A DNA stretch of 27,968 nt, taken from contig CALSSJ010000042.1 of assembly GCA_943788985.1 (NCBI GenBank), positions 1 to 27,968 of the forward strand. Reading direction: 5' to 3'. The translations under genes and the position numbers were made by a program. The stretch comes from an uncultured Lentisphaerales bacterium (GTDB lineage: Bacteria > Verrucomicrobiota > Lentisphaeria > JABSQK01 > UBA12247). Below, piece by piece: positions 8,911 through 17,426 of this stretch. Under the pieces are notes generated by a model. It made no database searches. It was not told where the DNA came from and saw nothing but the letters and a program-made list of their open reading frames with translations. How positions within the stretch are numbered: the first letter of the stretch is position 1; the number at the start of each line of letters is the position of its first letter.

Positions 8911-9731
8911 AAGGCAGCATTCACCAGATCTATGTCGCAATCGACGGCTCCGTGTATGCGGAGCCCGCAATCCAATGGGGCGTCATGCTCGCGAAAGAGG
9001 CAGACGCCGAACTTACACTCGTGCATTGCGTCGAGCAGCGCTTCTACAACAGCAGTCTGTTTATGGACCTGAGCGGCATCCTCGGCGCTGCGCCCTACCG
9101 CGACAACGCGGAGCAACTGCGTAGTTGGCTTGTATCCCGTGGCGAGAACGTCTTGGAGAGCGGCCGCAAGATCGCTGCGCAACTGGGAGTGACCGCCAAA
9201 ACAGACCTGCTAATCGGCGCCTGCTCCGAGAAAATCTGCGAAGCTGCGAAGTCCGCGAACTTGGTAATTCTCGGCCGACGCGGCGAAAACTGCGATGACG
9301 GCAGCCACCTTGTAGGCTCCGATGCCGAGCGCATCATTCGCCGCCTGAAATGCTCCTGCCTCGTAACCCCGCGCTTCTTCGACAAGCCCCAGACTATGGT
9401 CGTGGGCGTGAACGACAGCGGCCCAGGCCGGGCAGCGATTCAGTGGGCCGAGTACCTGCACGAATTGTTCGCAGACTGCGCAGTCAAGCCATTGCACATC
9501 CGCGAAAAGGACAACGATGACGACTACTCCGGCAGCCAGGTTGCTGGCGCAGAGCTTGAGCTTGCCGATGGCAACCCGGAGGAAGCCCTCGTGGCCGCCT
9601 GCCAAGATGAGAAGCAGCTAGCCATAATCGGCGTAACTGGCCATTCCCGGTCGCTCCGCGAGCTACTTCTCGGGACCCTGTCGTTCAACGTCCTTCACCA
9701 CGTCCAGGGGCCAGCGCTACTCGCGCGCTGA
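8907..9731 (+). CDS. Universal stress protein with tandem USP domains
   Basis: ATG 8907 overlaps the ferredoxin stop (ATGA). [27 protein letters not shown]...CSCLV and a second repeat ending [12 protein letters not shown]...PALL. Confidence 0.88.
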   Translation: MKGSIHQIYVAIDGSVYAEPAIQWGVMLAKEADAELTLVHCVEQRFYNSSLFMDLSGILGAAPYRDNAEQLRSWLVSRGENVLESGRKIAAQLGVTAKTDLLIGACSEKICEAAKSANLVILGRRGENCDDGSHLVGSDAERIIRRLKCSCLVTPRFFDKPQTMVVGVNDSGPGRAAIQWAEYLHELFADCAVKPLHIREKDNDDDYSGSQVAGAELELADGNPEEALVAACQDEKQLAIIGVTGHSRSLRELLLGTLSFNVLHHVQGPALLAR

Positions 9732-9735
9732 AGCT

Positions 9736-10392
9736 ATGAAACGCGTAATGCGGCGCACCTGGAAACAGGTGCGCTTCCGTCTCGTCTCTGGGCTGTTGGT
9801 GTTGGTCCCACTCGCCATCACCATCTTCATCCTGCGGCTTCTTCTCGGCTTTCTTCAGGATTTCATCCAGCCGCTGGTACGCGTTCTGCGGCAACACTGG
9901 GACTTCGGCATCTCCAGTACCGGCGTTGACTGGCTGACGCCCATCCTGGCCATTCTGCTCGTCATCTGCGCCCTCTTTCTCGTGGGTTCTCTGACCACCT
10001 ATGTGGTGGGACGACGCGCCATCAAGGCAGCCGAGGCCCTGATGTTGCGCATCCCCGGTGTCAGCGCCATCTATTCCGCTTCCCGCCAGCTCGTAGATGC
10101 CATTGGCGGCAAGAACAAGAACGCATTCGAGTCCGTGGTCGAGTTGGCCATGTTCAGCGGCGTCCACCAGACCATCGGCTTCGTCACCGCGACCATCCCC
10201 CATGAAGGTGAAGAGAAGTACATGGTTTTCGTCCCGACCGCGCCCAACCCCATGTCAGGCTTCCTGCTGATCGCCAAAAAGGAACACTGTAAGCTGATCG
10301 ACATCTCAGTCGAGGATGCCTTGAAGCTAATCATGTCCGCCGGCCTGCTTTCCAATACAATTCTGCCAGGCACTCAATCAGGGCCGGAATAA
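9736..10392 (+). CDS. DUF502 family membrane protein
   Basis: GLLVLVPLAIT, RIPGV..IY, IGFVT, VFVPTAPNPMSGF, SVEDALKLIMSAG. Confidence 0.88.
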   Translation: MKRVMRRTWKQVRFRLVSGLLVLVPLAITIFILRLLLGFLQDFIQPLVRVLRQHWDFGISSTGVDWLTPILAILLVICALFLVGSLTTYVVGRRAIKAAEALMLRIPGVSAIYSASRQLVDAIGGKNKNAFESVVELAMFSGVHQTIGFVTATIPHEGEEKYMVFVPTAPNPMSGFLLIAKKEHCKLIDISVEDALKLIMSAGLLSNTILPGTQSGPE

Positions 10393-10470
10393 TCGCTTGT
10401 TACGGACCATGAATCGACAATAGTACCCCTCCGCTTCACACCTTTCCCGAAACGCTGGAATCCAACACCC

Positions 10471-11211
10471 ATGACCTCCTTGGGGAAAAATCTCCTCTTC
10501 GCTTGCCTCATTGGCAGTCTGCTGGCTGGCTGTGGCAGTAGCGAGGCGCCAAACGAGCAGAACCGCTTCTATCTGCGTGGGCGCAAGCATGTCCAGGCCA
10601 ATGAGCCCGACAAGGCTGTGACCGCATTTCGCGAGTGCCTGCGGCGCAGCCCCGGCTCGCACAAAGCGCACCTTGAACTGGGCATGCTGTCCGAAGACCA
10701 CCTGCACGATCTCAACGGTGCCATCCTCCACTACCGCGCCTTTCTCAAGGTATCGGTCGACGACCAGAAGAACGCCGCCGTGCGGCTGTGGCTCAATCGC
10801 GTCGAGCGCGACCTGCTGCGAGAACTGCGCCTGATTTATGAAGGCCCCGAATTGCCCCGCGTGGCACGGCCGGCCTCACGCCCCTCTACCGTCCCTACAG
10901 CGCCGCGGCCCCGCTCGAGTGCACGACCGCCAGCAGCGATCGAGCCGCCAGTCATCGTGCTCGGCACGCCAGGCAGCACACCGTCCCGGACGACTACGCT
11001 CGCTCCCCAGGTCACCGCGCCACCACCCAATCAGCCAGAGAAAGCCTTTCGCTGGTACACCGTAAAAGGCGGAGATTCACTGGCGCGCATTGCCAAGAAG
11101 GAGCTGGGAAGCGAGAAGTTCTGGGGCGTCATCTACAACATGAACCGTGACATCTTGCCCAACGAAAGCCGCGTCGGCGTAGGCCAGCGCCTCCGGATCC
11201 CCACCGACTGA
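10471..11211 (+). CDS. Lipoprotein with TPR-like region, Pro-rich linker and C-terminal LysM domain
   Basis: Lipobox LAGC; AV..F..CL...P....AHLELG TPR pattern; YTVKGGDSLARIAK...IYNMN...VGQRLRIP. Confidence 0.88.
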   Translation: MTSLGKNLLFACLIGSLLAGCGSSEAPNEQNRFYLRGRKHVQANEPDKAVTAFRECLRRSPGSHKAHLELGMLSEDHLHDLNGAILHYRAFLKVSVDDQKNAAVRLWLNRVERDLLRELRLIYEGPELPRVARPASRPSTVPTAPRPRSSARPPAAIEPPVIVLGTPGSTPSRTTTLAPQVTAPPPNQPEKAFRWYTVKGGDSLARIAKKELGSEKFWGVIYNMNRDILPNESRVGVGQRLRIPTD

Positions 11212-11215
11212 TTTT

Positions 11216-11243
11216 GGGAGCGCGGGCGTCTCGCCTGCGCCCC
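11216..11243. repeat. REP-like palindrome between convergent genes
   Basis: GGGAGCGCGGGCG-TCT-CGCCTGCGCCCCC imperfect hairpin, 4 bp after the LysM gene stop. Confidence 0.6.
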
Positions 11244-11346
11244 CAGCCAGGCACAAAAGGCCCTCGTGCTTCGCGAAGGGCGCAGAAAAGATAGACTCGA
11301 GTCGTTTTTTGGGCCGTTCTCGCCCTTGTTGGCGCTCTCAGGCAAG

Positions 11347-11742
11347 CTACTCGACTACAGAAGGGCCTCGGACGGCGGCGGCGGCTTGCGGCAGAATCGG
11401 CATCCCGCAGGCTTTCATCCCCCAGCCCAGCAGCAGATAACACAGGGCGGTCAGGGCAATCCCGGCCAACAGCGCCAGCCAGAAATTTGTCCCCTGCCGC
11501 AGCATCCGGGACATCAGCAGAAACATTGGCAAGCTCGGCAGAACCAGCCAAAAGGTGAAGTAGGCGTGGTTGGCGATTTTCTCGCTCGGCTGCTGCTCGA
11601 CATGCAGCCAGATCATGACCATGATCGTGATCAGCGGCAAGGCCGCAATCAATGCCCCCATGCGGTCGAAACGCTTCGCTATTTCTGAAACCGCAACGAT
11701 GACCAAGGTGGTGATTGCGAACTTCGCAACTAAAAGATACAT
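11347..11742 (-). CDS. DUF3147 family small membrane protein
   Basis: KF.IT...IV.VSEIAKR....GALIAALPLIT, FW.VLPSLPMFL; four hydrophobic segments. Confidence 0.82.
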   Translation of the reverse strand: MYLLVAKFAITTLVIVAVSEIAKRFDRMGALIAALPLITIMVMIWLHVEQQPSEKIANHAYFTFWLVLPSLPMFLLMSRMLRQGTNFWLALLAGIALTALCYLLLGWGMKACGMPILPQAAAAVRGPSVVE

Positions 11743-11766
11743 AACGCGATGCCAGAGTTTGGGCTG

Positions 11767-11932
11767 CTAGTGGTGAATCATAAGTTCGTAGGTCAATGCG
11801 AAAGGCATTTTGGATGCTCCGGTGCGCTGGTGATCACGAGTCGATGCTGGGCCATCGGCGAGGTGGCGCCGGTGCGGTGGAGCGCCGAAACGCCCTCGCA
11901 TTTCTCGACGAACCTGTGATTCACCACACTAG
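11767..11932. mobile_element. Non-autonomous miniature inverted-repeat element (MITE) flanked by CTAG
   Basis: CTAG at 11767-11770 and 11929-11932. Terminal inverted repeats TGGTGAATCATAAGTTCGT (11771-11789) and ACGAACCTGTGATTCACCA (11908-11926), 17/19 match. The interior is also self-complementary. No transposase. Confidence 0.75.
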
Positions 11933-11975
11933 ATCCAAGCCATATTGTCGCCGCGCAGGCGGCGATTGCAAGCGG

Positions 11976-13286
11976 TCACTGCACTTGTTGGGCCCCGCGA
12001 GCCAGCGCCGCCCCTAGGGCCAGGACCATGAACACCAGCGCAATGCCCAGCATCGCCCGATCGCTCAGCCACTTCTTCGTCACGTTACCTGGTGCGTAAT
12101 TCGCATTCGGGACAGGTTTTGCGAACTCCGCAACGCCTGGAAGTTGGTCCTTTAGCCGATCCAGCACATCCCCCACGGCGTACTGCGGGTGGCCCTTGGT
12201 CGGGTTGCCGTAGCTCAGGGATACAGGACCGGTGGGGATAAATGCCAGCTCATACCGCGGCCCGCGTAACAAGACTGTGCGCACCGTGAGAGGCGCCTCA
12301 TCGTTGTTTGGAATTCGCAGCCGATACTGCTCATGCCGATCCGCGCCCAGATGAATCATGTGGTCGCCCTGCTCAGCCCCGGAAACTGCCACGAATCTGG
12401 CCGATCCCAGCCTCTGCCACATGCCCTCGCCTGCCTGCCCTTCGAGGATGACGGTTCTAGCCCAAGCCTGCTCCCCCACGGTGAGCCCGATGCTGGTAAG
12501 CTCGCGCGGCCCACGCGGAAAGGCGACCATGGTCTCGTTGCGGTCTGTCTGCTCGCTCCCACTCGGCGTCACGGGCCAGGTATCGTAGATTGCCTTGGCT
12601 TCGACGCGCTTCACGAAACTGAAGAGCTGGATCGCTGAAACCTGCAGAACCTTGTCAGGCACCGCCCTGATCTCGGTCACAGAGGACCTGCCGTCGTCAT
12701 GCGCGGTCTGCGTCACGGTCCGAACCGGGCCTACCCCCTGATGCTGGTCTGGCCCTACCGTGATTCGATAGTCCACGGCGGCGTGTGCCGGAAGCATCAC
12801 GGTGACCTCGCGGTGCTGGGAGAGCTTGCCGCGGTCGTAAATGGTCGCTCCAGTGACCAGGCGCTGCCATTGCCCCTGAACGAGCACGTCTACATCTACC
12901 GCATGCTTGAAGCCACGACTGCTGGTCGCAAACTCCAAGCCGGAGGCTGGGACCTTGCCCTTCGCCTCCACGCCAATCTGCAGCCTGCCTTCTCCGACGC
13001 GCTCGATGTCCGCCAGGCGCGATTGCAAAGGCTCACGGATGCGGCGTTGGCTGCGTTTGGCTGCCTGTTGCAGAAGATACGGCACGATTAGACCATCCTG
13101 GTTAAAGAGCCGTAAGTCTCCGAGATCGCGCCGTGTGTGGACCGCGACATGGCCGTCTACCTGCACAAGCGCCCAGGCTGGAGTTCCAGCCCACGAGAGC
13201 TCTCGCGAGAATTTAAAATCACCAGGATCATCACCGCCCCAGGCCATCAGACCCAGGACGCAGAAAAGCGAACAGACCGTACGCAT
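11976..13286 (-). CDS. DUF3999-like exported protein with C-terminal membrane anchor
   Basis: Signal peptide, DLGDLRLFN.DG..VPY, YRLRI.N.D..PL, LSYGNP....PQY, C-terminal TM helix. Lies 5 bp downstream of the DUF2339 gene, its usual partner. Confidence 0.72.
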   Translation of the reverse strand: MRTVCSLFCVLGLMAWGGDDPGDFKFSRELSWAGTPAWALVQVDGHVAVHTRRDLGDLRLFNQDGLIVPYLLQQAAKRSQRRIREPLQSRLADIERVGEGRLQIGVEAKGKVPASGLEFATSSRGFKHAVDVDVLVQGQWQRLVTGATIYDRGKLSQHREVTVMLPAHAAVDYRITVGPDQHQGVGPVRTVTQTAHDDGRSSVTEIRAVPDKVLQVSAIQLFSFVKRVEAKAIYDTWPVTPSGSEQTDRNETMVAFPRGPRELTSIGLTVGEQAWARTVILEGQAGEGMWQRLGSARFVAVSGAEQGDHMIHLGADRHEQYRLRIPNNDEAPLTVRTVLLRGPRYELAFIPTGPVSLSYGNPTKGHPQYAVGDVLDRLKDQLPGVAEFAKPVPNANYAPGNVTKKWLSDRAMLGIALVFMVLALGAALARGAQQVQ

Positions 13287-13291
13287 CAGTC

Positions 13292-15670
13292 TTACTCCGG
13301 CTGTCGTTGAAAGTGTACATAGAGGAACGAGCCACCGAGAATCAGCACCCCCAGCACCAGGAACGCCACGATGCGATACAGCTGATGCAGCGCCGCTAGG
13401 TCATTGAAAAAGACCTTGCCAATCACGATCACGAACATGCCCAGCCCAGCGTACCGGAGCATCGGGACCGAGCGCACCATTCCCTGATGGACCAGGGTGA
13501 GAGCAAAGCCAGCCCAGAGAATGCTGATCCCGCCGGCCTGCATGTCCGGCAGAAAGACCAACAAGGCGGTATTTACCTCCAAGGTAAGCAGCACAGCCGT
13601 CAGCACCAGCCCGGCCGCCAGGTACAATCGCGCGATATCCCCCTTGAGCCCGCGATAGGCCACCAGCAAAAAGCCAGCGACCAAGGCCGCATCCAGCGTC
13701 CGCCCCAGCACCGCAAGGGCCGTGTAGTCCGCTCGGTAGATCCAGGCATCGTTAATGCCCCAAAAGCCCAGATCCATAATCAGCTTCACTGTGGCTACGA
13801 CTGAGAACAGCACCAGCCAGTCCAACACTCCCTTATGCTGCGTCCGGCGATACGCCAGCAGCAATCCCGCGGCCAAGGCAACCCAGATGCTGGTCACCGC
13901 ACCATTGCGCAAGTCCGGCAGGTAGCGTCCCACCGTGTAAAACAGCTCGACTTGGCAGAAGACGAACGCCATCGCCACGGCCACCACCAGCGCTGTCTGC
14001 GCCAGCGAGTGGTCACGCATCATCGCAGCCGGCTCATCGGCCTCCTCCTCCGGTAGCGCATTCCGCAACATTCGATAGCCCACCAGCAGCGTGCCGATCG
14101 GTACGCAAAAGACGACCATCCGCTCCAGCAGTAGCGTTGCGAACTCCCCAAACGTGGCCGTGGATTTCGCAGCCGCATATTGCATGCCAAGATCGTACGT
14201 GACAAACTGGAAGATCACGCAGCCGAACAGCAGGCAAGCGACCCTCTTGAGAAAGTTGCTGCCCAACCGAAGTGCCAGCCAGAGCAGCAGCAACGACTGC
14301 ACGGCCCACGTTGCGGACAGCCAGTTTCTGGAAAAGTACAGCGGGATCGTGATCGCCAGAAAGGCCGCGCTCAGTCCCAAGAAACTCAGCATCTGGGTGC
14401 GGTCGGCGCTGCGCTTGAGCCAGAGCCCAAAGTGCGCGGCATAGTACACGCTGATGGCCAATGCCATTAGGGCGACGCCCGACTTGTCGCCCAGTGCGAA
14501 GCAATGCGGCCTGGCCAGAATTGCGAACACCGCAGCGTTTACCACCAGCGCGATCACCTCCAGCACCGTCGCTCTCTCACGCCGCATCAGGTGCGGCAGA
14601 AACACCAAGGTCGAGTAGATCACGAAGCAGGCGATCAGAAAGCCGAGAACCACGGCGCTGTCGCCGGTGCCTGCGTGGCGTAGCACCCAAGCCCCAACCC
14701 CGTAGGTGGCCACGAAGCTCAACGCGTTCAGGACCCGCCAGTTCTTGTACGCCGACACCCCAAGCACACCCAAGGCCAGAACCAGCAGGTAGCCAAACTG
14801 CCCGGCCCAATCCGTGCCCGTCAGCATGATGGGAGTCCCAAAGCCACCCAGAACCCCCAGCACGGCAATGAGAATCGCATCTTGCCGTACCGCAATCACG
14901 CCAGCACACAGCGTCACCGCTGCCATCAACGCGTAGCCTGCCAGCAGTGGAATGAGCGCATGGATCTGGGCTGCCGTAAAAATGCTAAAGTACAAGGTCG
15001 CCAGACCGCCACCGATCAGGCCCTGCCCGATCAGATTGTAGCGCTTGCCCAGCTGGCGCACGCCGAAGCTGAGCATCACCGAGCCGATGATGACACCCAG
15101 CGCGACACGAGCGGCTGGCCCCAACCAGCCTTGATCGATCGAATAGCGCAGGAAAAAGCCCATCCCCAGCACGAACACCGCAATGCCGATCCGCAGCAGC
15201 CAGTTCGCCGCTACCGCATACTCCAGCTTCATGCCCGGCTGGCGATACTCCTTGCCCACAATAATCCAATTCCACGCGCGCCTCAGCACCTGAGCTGCCG
15301 CGCTGTCCGCCTTTTCCTCGGGTTCCGGCTCTTGCTCGGCCTCTGTGACAGGTATTGCGGAGTTCGCAATCACTGGTACCGGAGCTGGTGCCTGGACACG
15401 GACGGCTAAGGGCGGCAGCCGAAATGGCTCAGGTTTTGCGATCTCCGCAATCGGCTCAGGAGCGACCACCACCTTCGGCTCTGGAACTGGGGCTGGTTTG
15501 CTGGCGGGCTCAGAGTCACGCAGCGACTTCAGCGCCGCCTCGTGTTTCCACAGCATTTTCAAGACGGTCCGATGATTCTCGCGCTGCTCGCTCAGCATCG
15601 TGTAGATCGCGCGGACCGCGACCACCATCAGCGTAACTGCCACAGCTAGCAGAAAAGTTTCCAGTGCCAT
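13292..15670 (-). CDS. DUF2339 family polytopic membrane protein
   Basis: E..VAANWL.RIG...FVLG.GFFLRYS...GW.GP..RV, L.GGG.A.LY, GGF.TP; C-terminal KVFF.DL..L...YRIVAFL.LG. GAGG RBS. Confidence 0.9.
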   Translation of the reverse strand: MALETFLLAVAVTLMVVAVRAIYTMLSEQRENHRTVLKMLWKHEAALKSLRDSEPASKPAPVPEPKVVVAPEPIAEIAKPEPFRLPPLAVRVQAPAPVPVIANSAIPVTEAEQEPEPEEKADSAAAQVLRRAWNWIIVGKEYRQPGMKLEYAVAANWLLRIGIAVFVLGMGFFLRYSIDQGWLGPAARVALGVIIGSVMLSFGVRQLGKRYNLIGQGLIGGGLATLYFSIFTAAQIHALIPLLAGYALMAAVTLCAGVIAVRQDAILIAVLGVLGGFGTPIMLTGTDWAGQFGYLLVLALGVLGVSAYKNWRVLNALSFVATYGVGAWVLRHAGTGDSAVVLGFLIACFVIYSTLVFLPHLMRRERATVLEVIALVVNAAVFAILARPHCFALGDKSGVALMALAISVYYAAHFGLWLKRSADRTQMLSFLGLSAAFLAITIPLYFSRNWLSATWAVQSLLLLWLALRLGSNFLKRVACLLFGCVIFQFVTYDLGMQYAAAKSTATFGEFATLLLERMVVFCVPIGTLLVGYRMLRNALPEEEADEPAAMMRDHSLAQTALVVAVAMAFVFCQVELFYTVGRYLPDLRNGAVTSIWVALAAGLLLAYRRTQHKGVLDWLVLFSVVATVKLIMDLGFWGINDAWIYRADYTALAVLGRTLDAALVAGFLLVAYRGLKGDIARLYLAAGLVLTAVLLTLEVNTALLVFLPDMQAGGISILWAGFALTLVHQGMVRSVPMLRYAGLGMFVIVIGKVFFNDLAALHQLYRIVAFLVLGVLILGGSFLYVHFQRQPE

Positions 15671-15706
15671 TTTCGTTCTCCCTCATGAATTAGATGAGCA
15701 ACCTTA

Positions 15707-15723
15707 TGCAACTTGCGTGCCAA
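15707..15723 (-). promoter_or_regulatory. Sigma-54 (-24/-12) promoter for the DUF2339 operon
   Basis: Minus strand reads TTGGCACGCAAGTTGCA, matching TGGCACG-N4-TTGCW, and ends 36 bp upstream of the ATG at 15670. Confidence 0.75.
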
Positions 15724-15775
15724 TGCCTCGCAGCCAACAATGGGGAGTATGGACTGAACATAGCTCGTACATTTG

Positions 15776-15819
15776 GATTGTGTAGTGTGCACAATCGGTA
15801 TATGGGATATTGTTCCCAT
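15776..15819. promoter_or_regulatory. Two dyad-symmetric candidate operator/enhancer sites
   Basis: GATTGTG-N7-CACAATC (15776-15796) and ATGGGA-N6-TCCCAT (15802-15819) in the divergent promoter region. Confidence 0.4.
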
Positions 15820-15836
15820 TTTTCAACGGAGCAAGA

Positions 15837-16826
15837 ATGAAACGCCTCAGCCTATTTACGATCTTGTTGGTTCTATGCCTGTGTAGTTGCGGAGATCGCA
15901 ACACCGGGCTCACGGTCTACTGCGCCCACGACGCGGTCTACTCGCAAGAAATCCTAAACGCCTTCAGCGCCGAGACCGGCATCGCCGTGACTGCAGTGTT
16001 CGACACCGAGGCGACCAAGTCCCTCGGCCTCATCGAGCGGATTCGCCGCGAGAAGACCAGCCCGCAGTGCGACGTATTTTGGAACAATGAGCTGCTGGGA
16101 ACCGTACAGTTGCAGCAGGAGGGCCTGCTCCAGCCCTACCAGGGAACGGGCTACGCCCGGATGCCGGCGCATGCCAAAGAGCCAGCCGGGCATTGGGTAG
16201 GCTTTGGCGCGCGAATGCGCGTGGTCATGGTCAACACCGAGCGATCGTCCCACACAGCGGCCAGCACGCTAGACGGTGACCTGAGCCAGTTTGCCATGGC
16301 CAAACCGCTCTACGGTACAACCCTCACCCACTATGCCGCCTTATGGCGTGAACTCGGCGCTGAGCTGCCCGCCCTGCATGCCGACCGCCTTGCCCGCGAG
16401 ATGAACATCCTGAACGGCAACGGCGCGGTGAAGCAAGCCGTAGCGATCGGCGCCGTCGAGTGGGGCTGGAGCGATACGGACGACTACTTCCTAGCGGTCG
16501 ACAGCGGCATGCCAGTGACGGCCTTTCCCGCGCGCCTGCCCAGCGGAAAGACGATCGCCATTCCGAACACCGTGGCCATCATTGCCGGAACGGCCCACAG
16601 TGCCGAGGCACGGCAGTTGGTGAACTATCTGCTGTCGCAGAAAACCGAGCTGGCCTTGGCCAACGGCCGCTCGCGCCAAATTCCGCTGGGGCCAGTGCCC
16701 GCCGACGCCCTGCCCGAGGCCCTGCGCCCCTGGCAAGCCTGGGCCCAAGAAGCAGTCAGCCTCGAAGACCTGAGCGACGCTCGCGCACGCTGCATCGCCT
16801 GGCTGAAAGCCGCCCCCCAAAAGTAG
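15837..16826 (+). CDS. ABC transporter extracellular solute-binding lipoprotein (Fe(III)/thiamine-like PBP2 group)
   Basis: ATG 15837 after GGAG; lipobox LCSC; VYCAHD..YS..IL..F..ETGI.V, DTEATKS.GL, CDVFWNNE, IPNTVAII.G....AEA..LV.YLLS. Confidence 0.85.
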   Translation: MKRLSLFTILLVLCLCSCGDRNTGLTVYCAHDAVYSQEILNAFSAETGIAVTAVFDTEATKSLGLIERIRREKTSPQCDVFWNNELLGTVQLQQEGLLQPYQGTGYARMPAHAKEPAGHWVGFGARMRVVMVNTERSSHTAASTLDGDLSQFAMAKPLYGTTLTHYAALWRELGAELPALHADRLAREMNILNGNGAVKQAVAIGAVEWGWSDTDDYFLAVDSGMPVTAFPARLPSGKTIAIPNTVAIIAGTAHSAEARQLVNYLLSQKTELALANGRSRQIPLGPVPADALPEALRPWQAWAQEAVSLEDLSDARARCIAWLKAAPQK

Positions 16827-16905
16827 TGTCTCCCCCAGCGTCCCCATCCCCTCAGAGGCTTGACGTTGTGGTAGATATCCGGATTAGGACAAGAAAATGG
16901 AGCAG

Positions 16906-16934
16906 TTGTAACTGCCCCGACAATTTAGTATAAC
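16906..16934 (+). promoter_or_regulatory. Sigma-70-like promoter with no downstream protein gene
   Basis: TTGTAA (16906-16911), 17 bp, TATAAC (16929-16934). Confidence 0.4.
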
Positions 16935-16965
16935 GCGGGACGGAGATCGAATGCTCTTGACACTT

Positions 16966-16984
16966 CCTATGGCCAGGCCATAGG
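16966..16984. repeat. Perfect 9+1+9 dyad
   Basis: CCTATGGCC-A-GGCCATAGG, starting 3 bp after a TTGACA at 16957-16962. Confidence 0.65.
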
Positions 16985-17049
16985 TCCCCGTGCCCGCTTG
17001 GCTCTTGGAATTCAGGTCACCCTCCCATTCATTCGTTCGCCTTCTTCTC

Positions 17050-17095
17050 TGTAACGTGACCCGTATGCTGCGCGCAGCATACGGATCACGTTACA
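17050..17095. repeat. 46-bp near-perfect palindrome (REP-like)
   Basis: TGTAACGTGACCCGTATGCTGCG|CGCAGCATACGGATCACGTTACA: 23-bp arms, one mismatch, no spacer. Confidence 0.85.
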
Positions 17096-17310
17096 TGGAG
17101 CCAGAGTAGGACCAGAAAATTGGGCAATGCCCTGGTGAAGTAGCGTGTTCTTCTCCCTTCAATCTTCTTATGCCATTCGGGCGCTAGCTGGCAAAAACCG
17201 CAGTTAGCGCGACTCGGCTCAGAAAGCCAAGCTACCTGCTATGACTCATGATCCTACTTATTGCCACCGACACATCCTGCCGGTAAAAGGCGGGGCTATC
17301 GTGGTCCTAT

Positions 17311-17388
17311 TTTTTACAGGAAGGTCAGGAAGGCGTGGTGCATGTCGCCCTCCATGCCTTCTCACCCTTCTCTTGCTTCCTGTGAGAA
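17311..17388. repeat. Degenerate inverted repeat built from 9-bp-period GAAGG/CCTTC units
   Basis: ACAGGAAGGTCAGGAAGG ... CCTTCTCACCCTTCTCTTGCTTCCTGT. Outer arms ACAGGAAG and CTTCCTGT are complementary. Confidence 0.55.
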
Positions 17389-17426
17389 TTGGAATCATCG
17401 CGGTATGATTAGGGTGCCTTTGGGCC

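Noticed and set aside
16957..16990. MerR-type promoter (TTGACA followed by a dyad)
   Set aside because: No convincing -10 at 19-20 bp, no target gene and no MerR regulator nearby. Kept only as a dyad.
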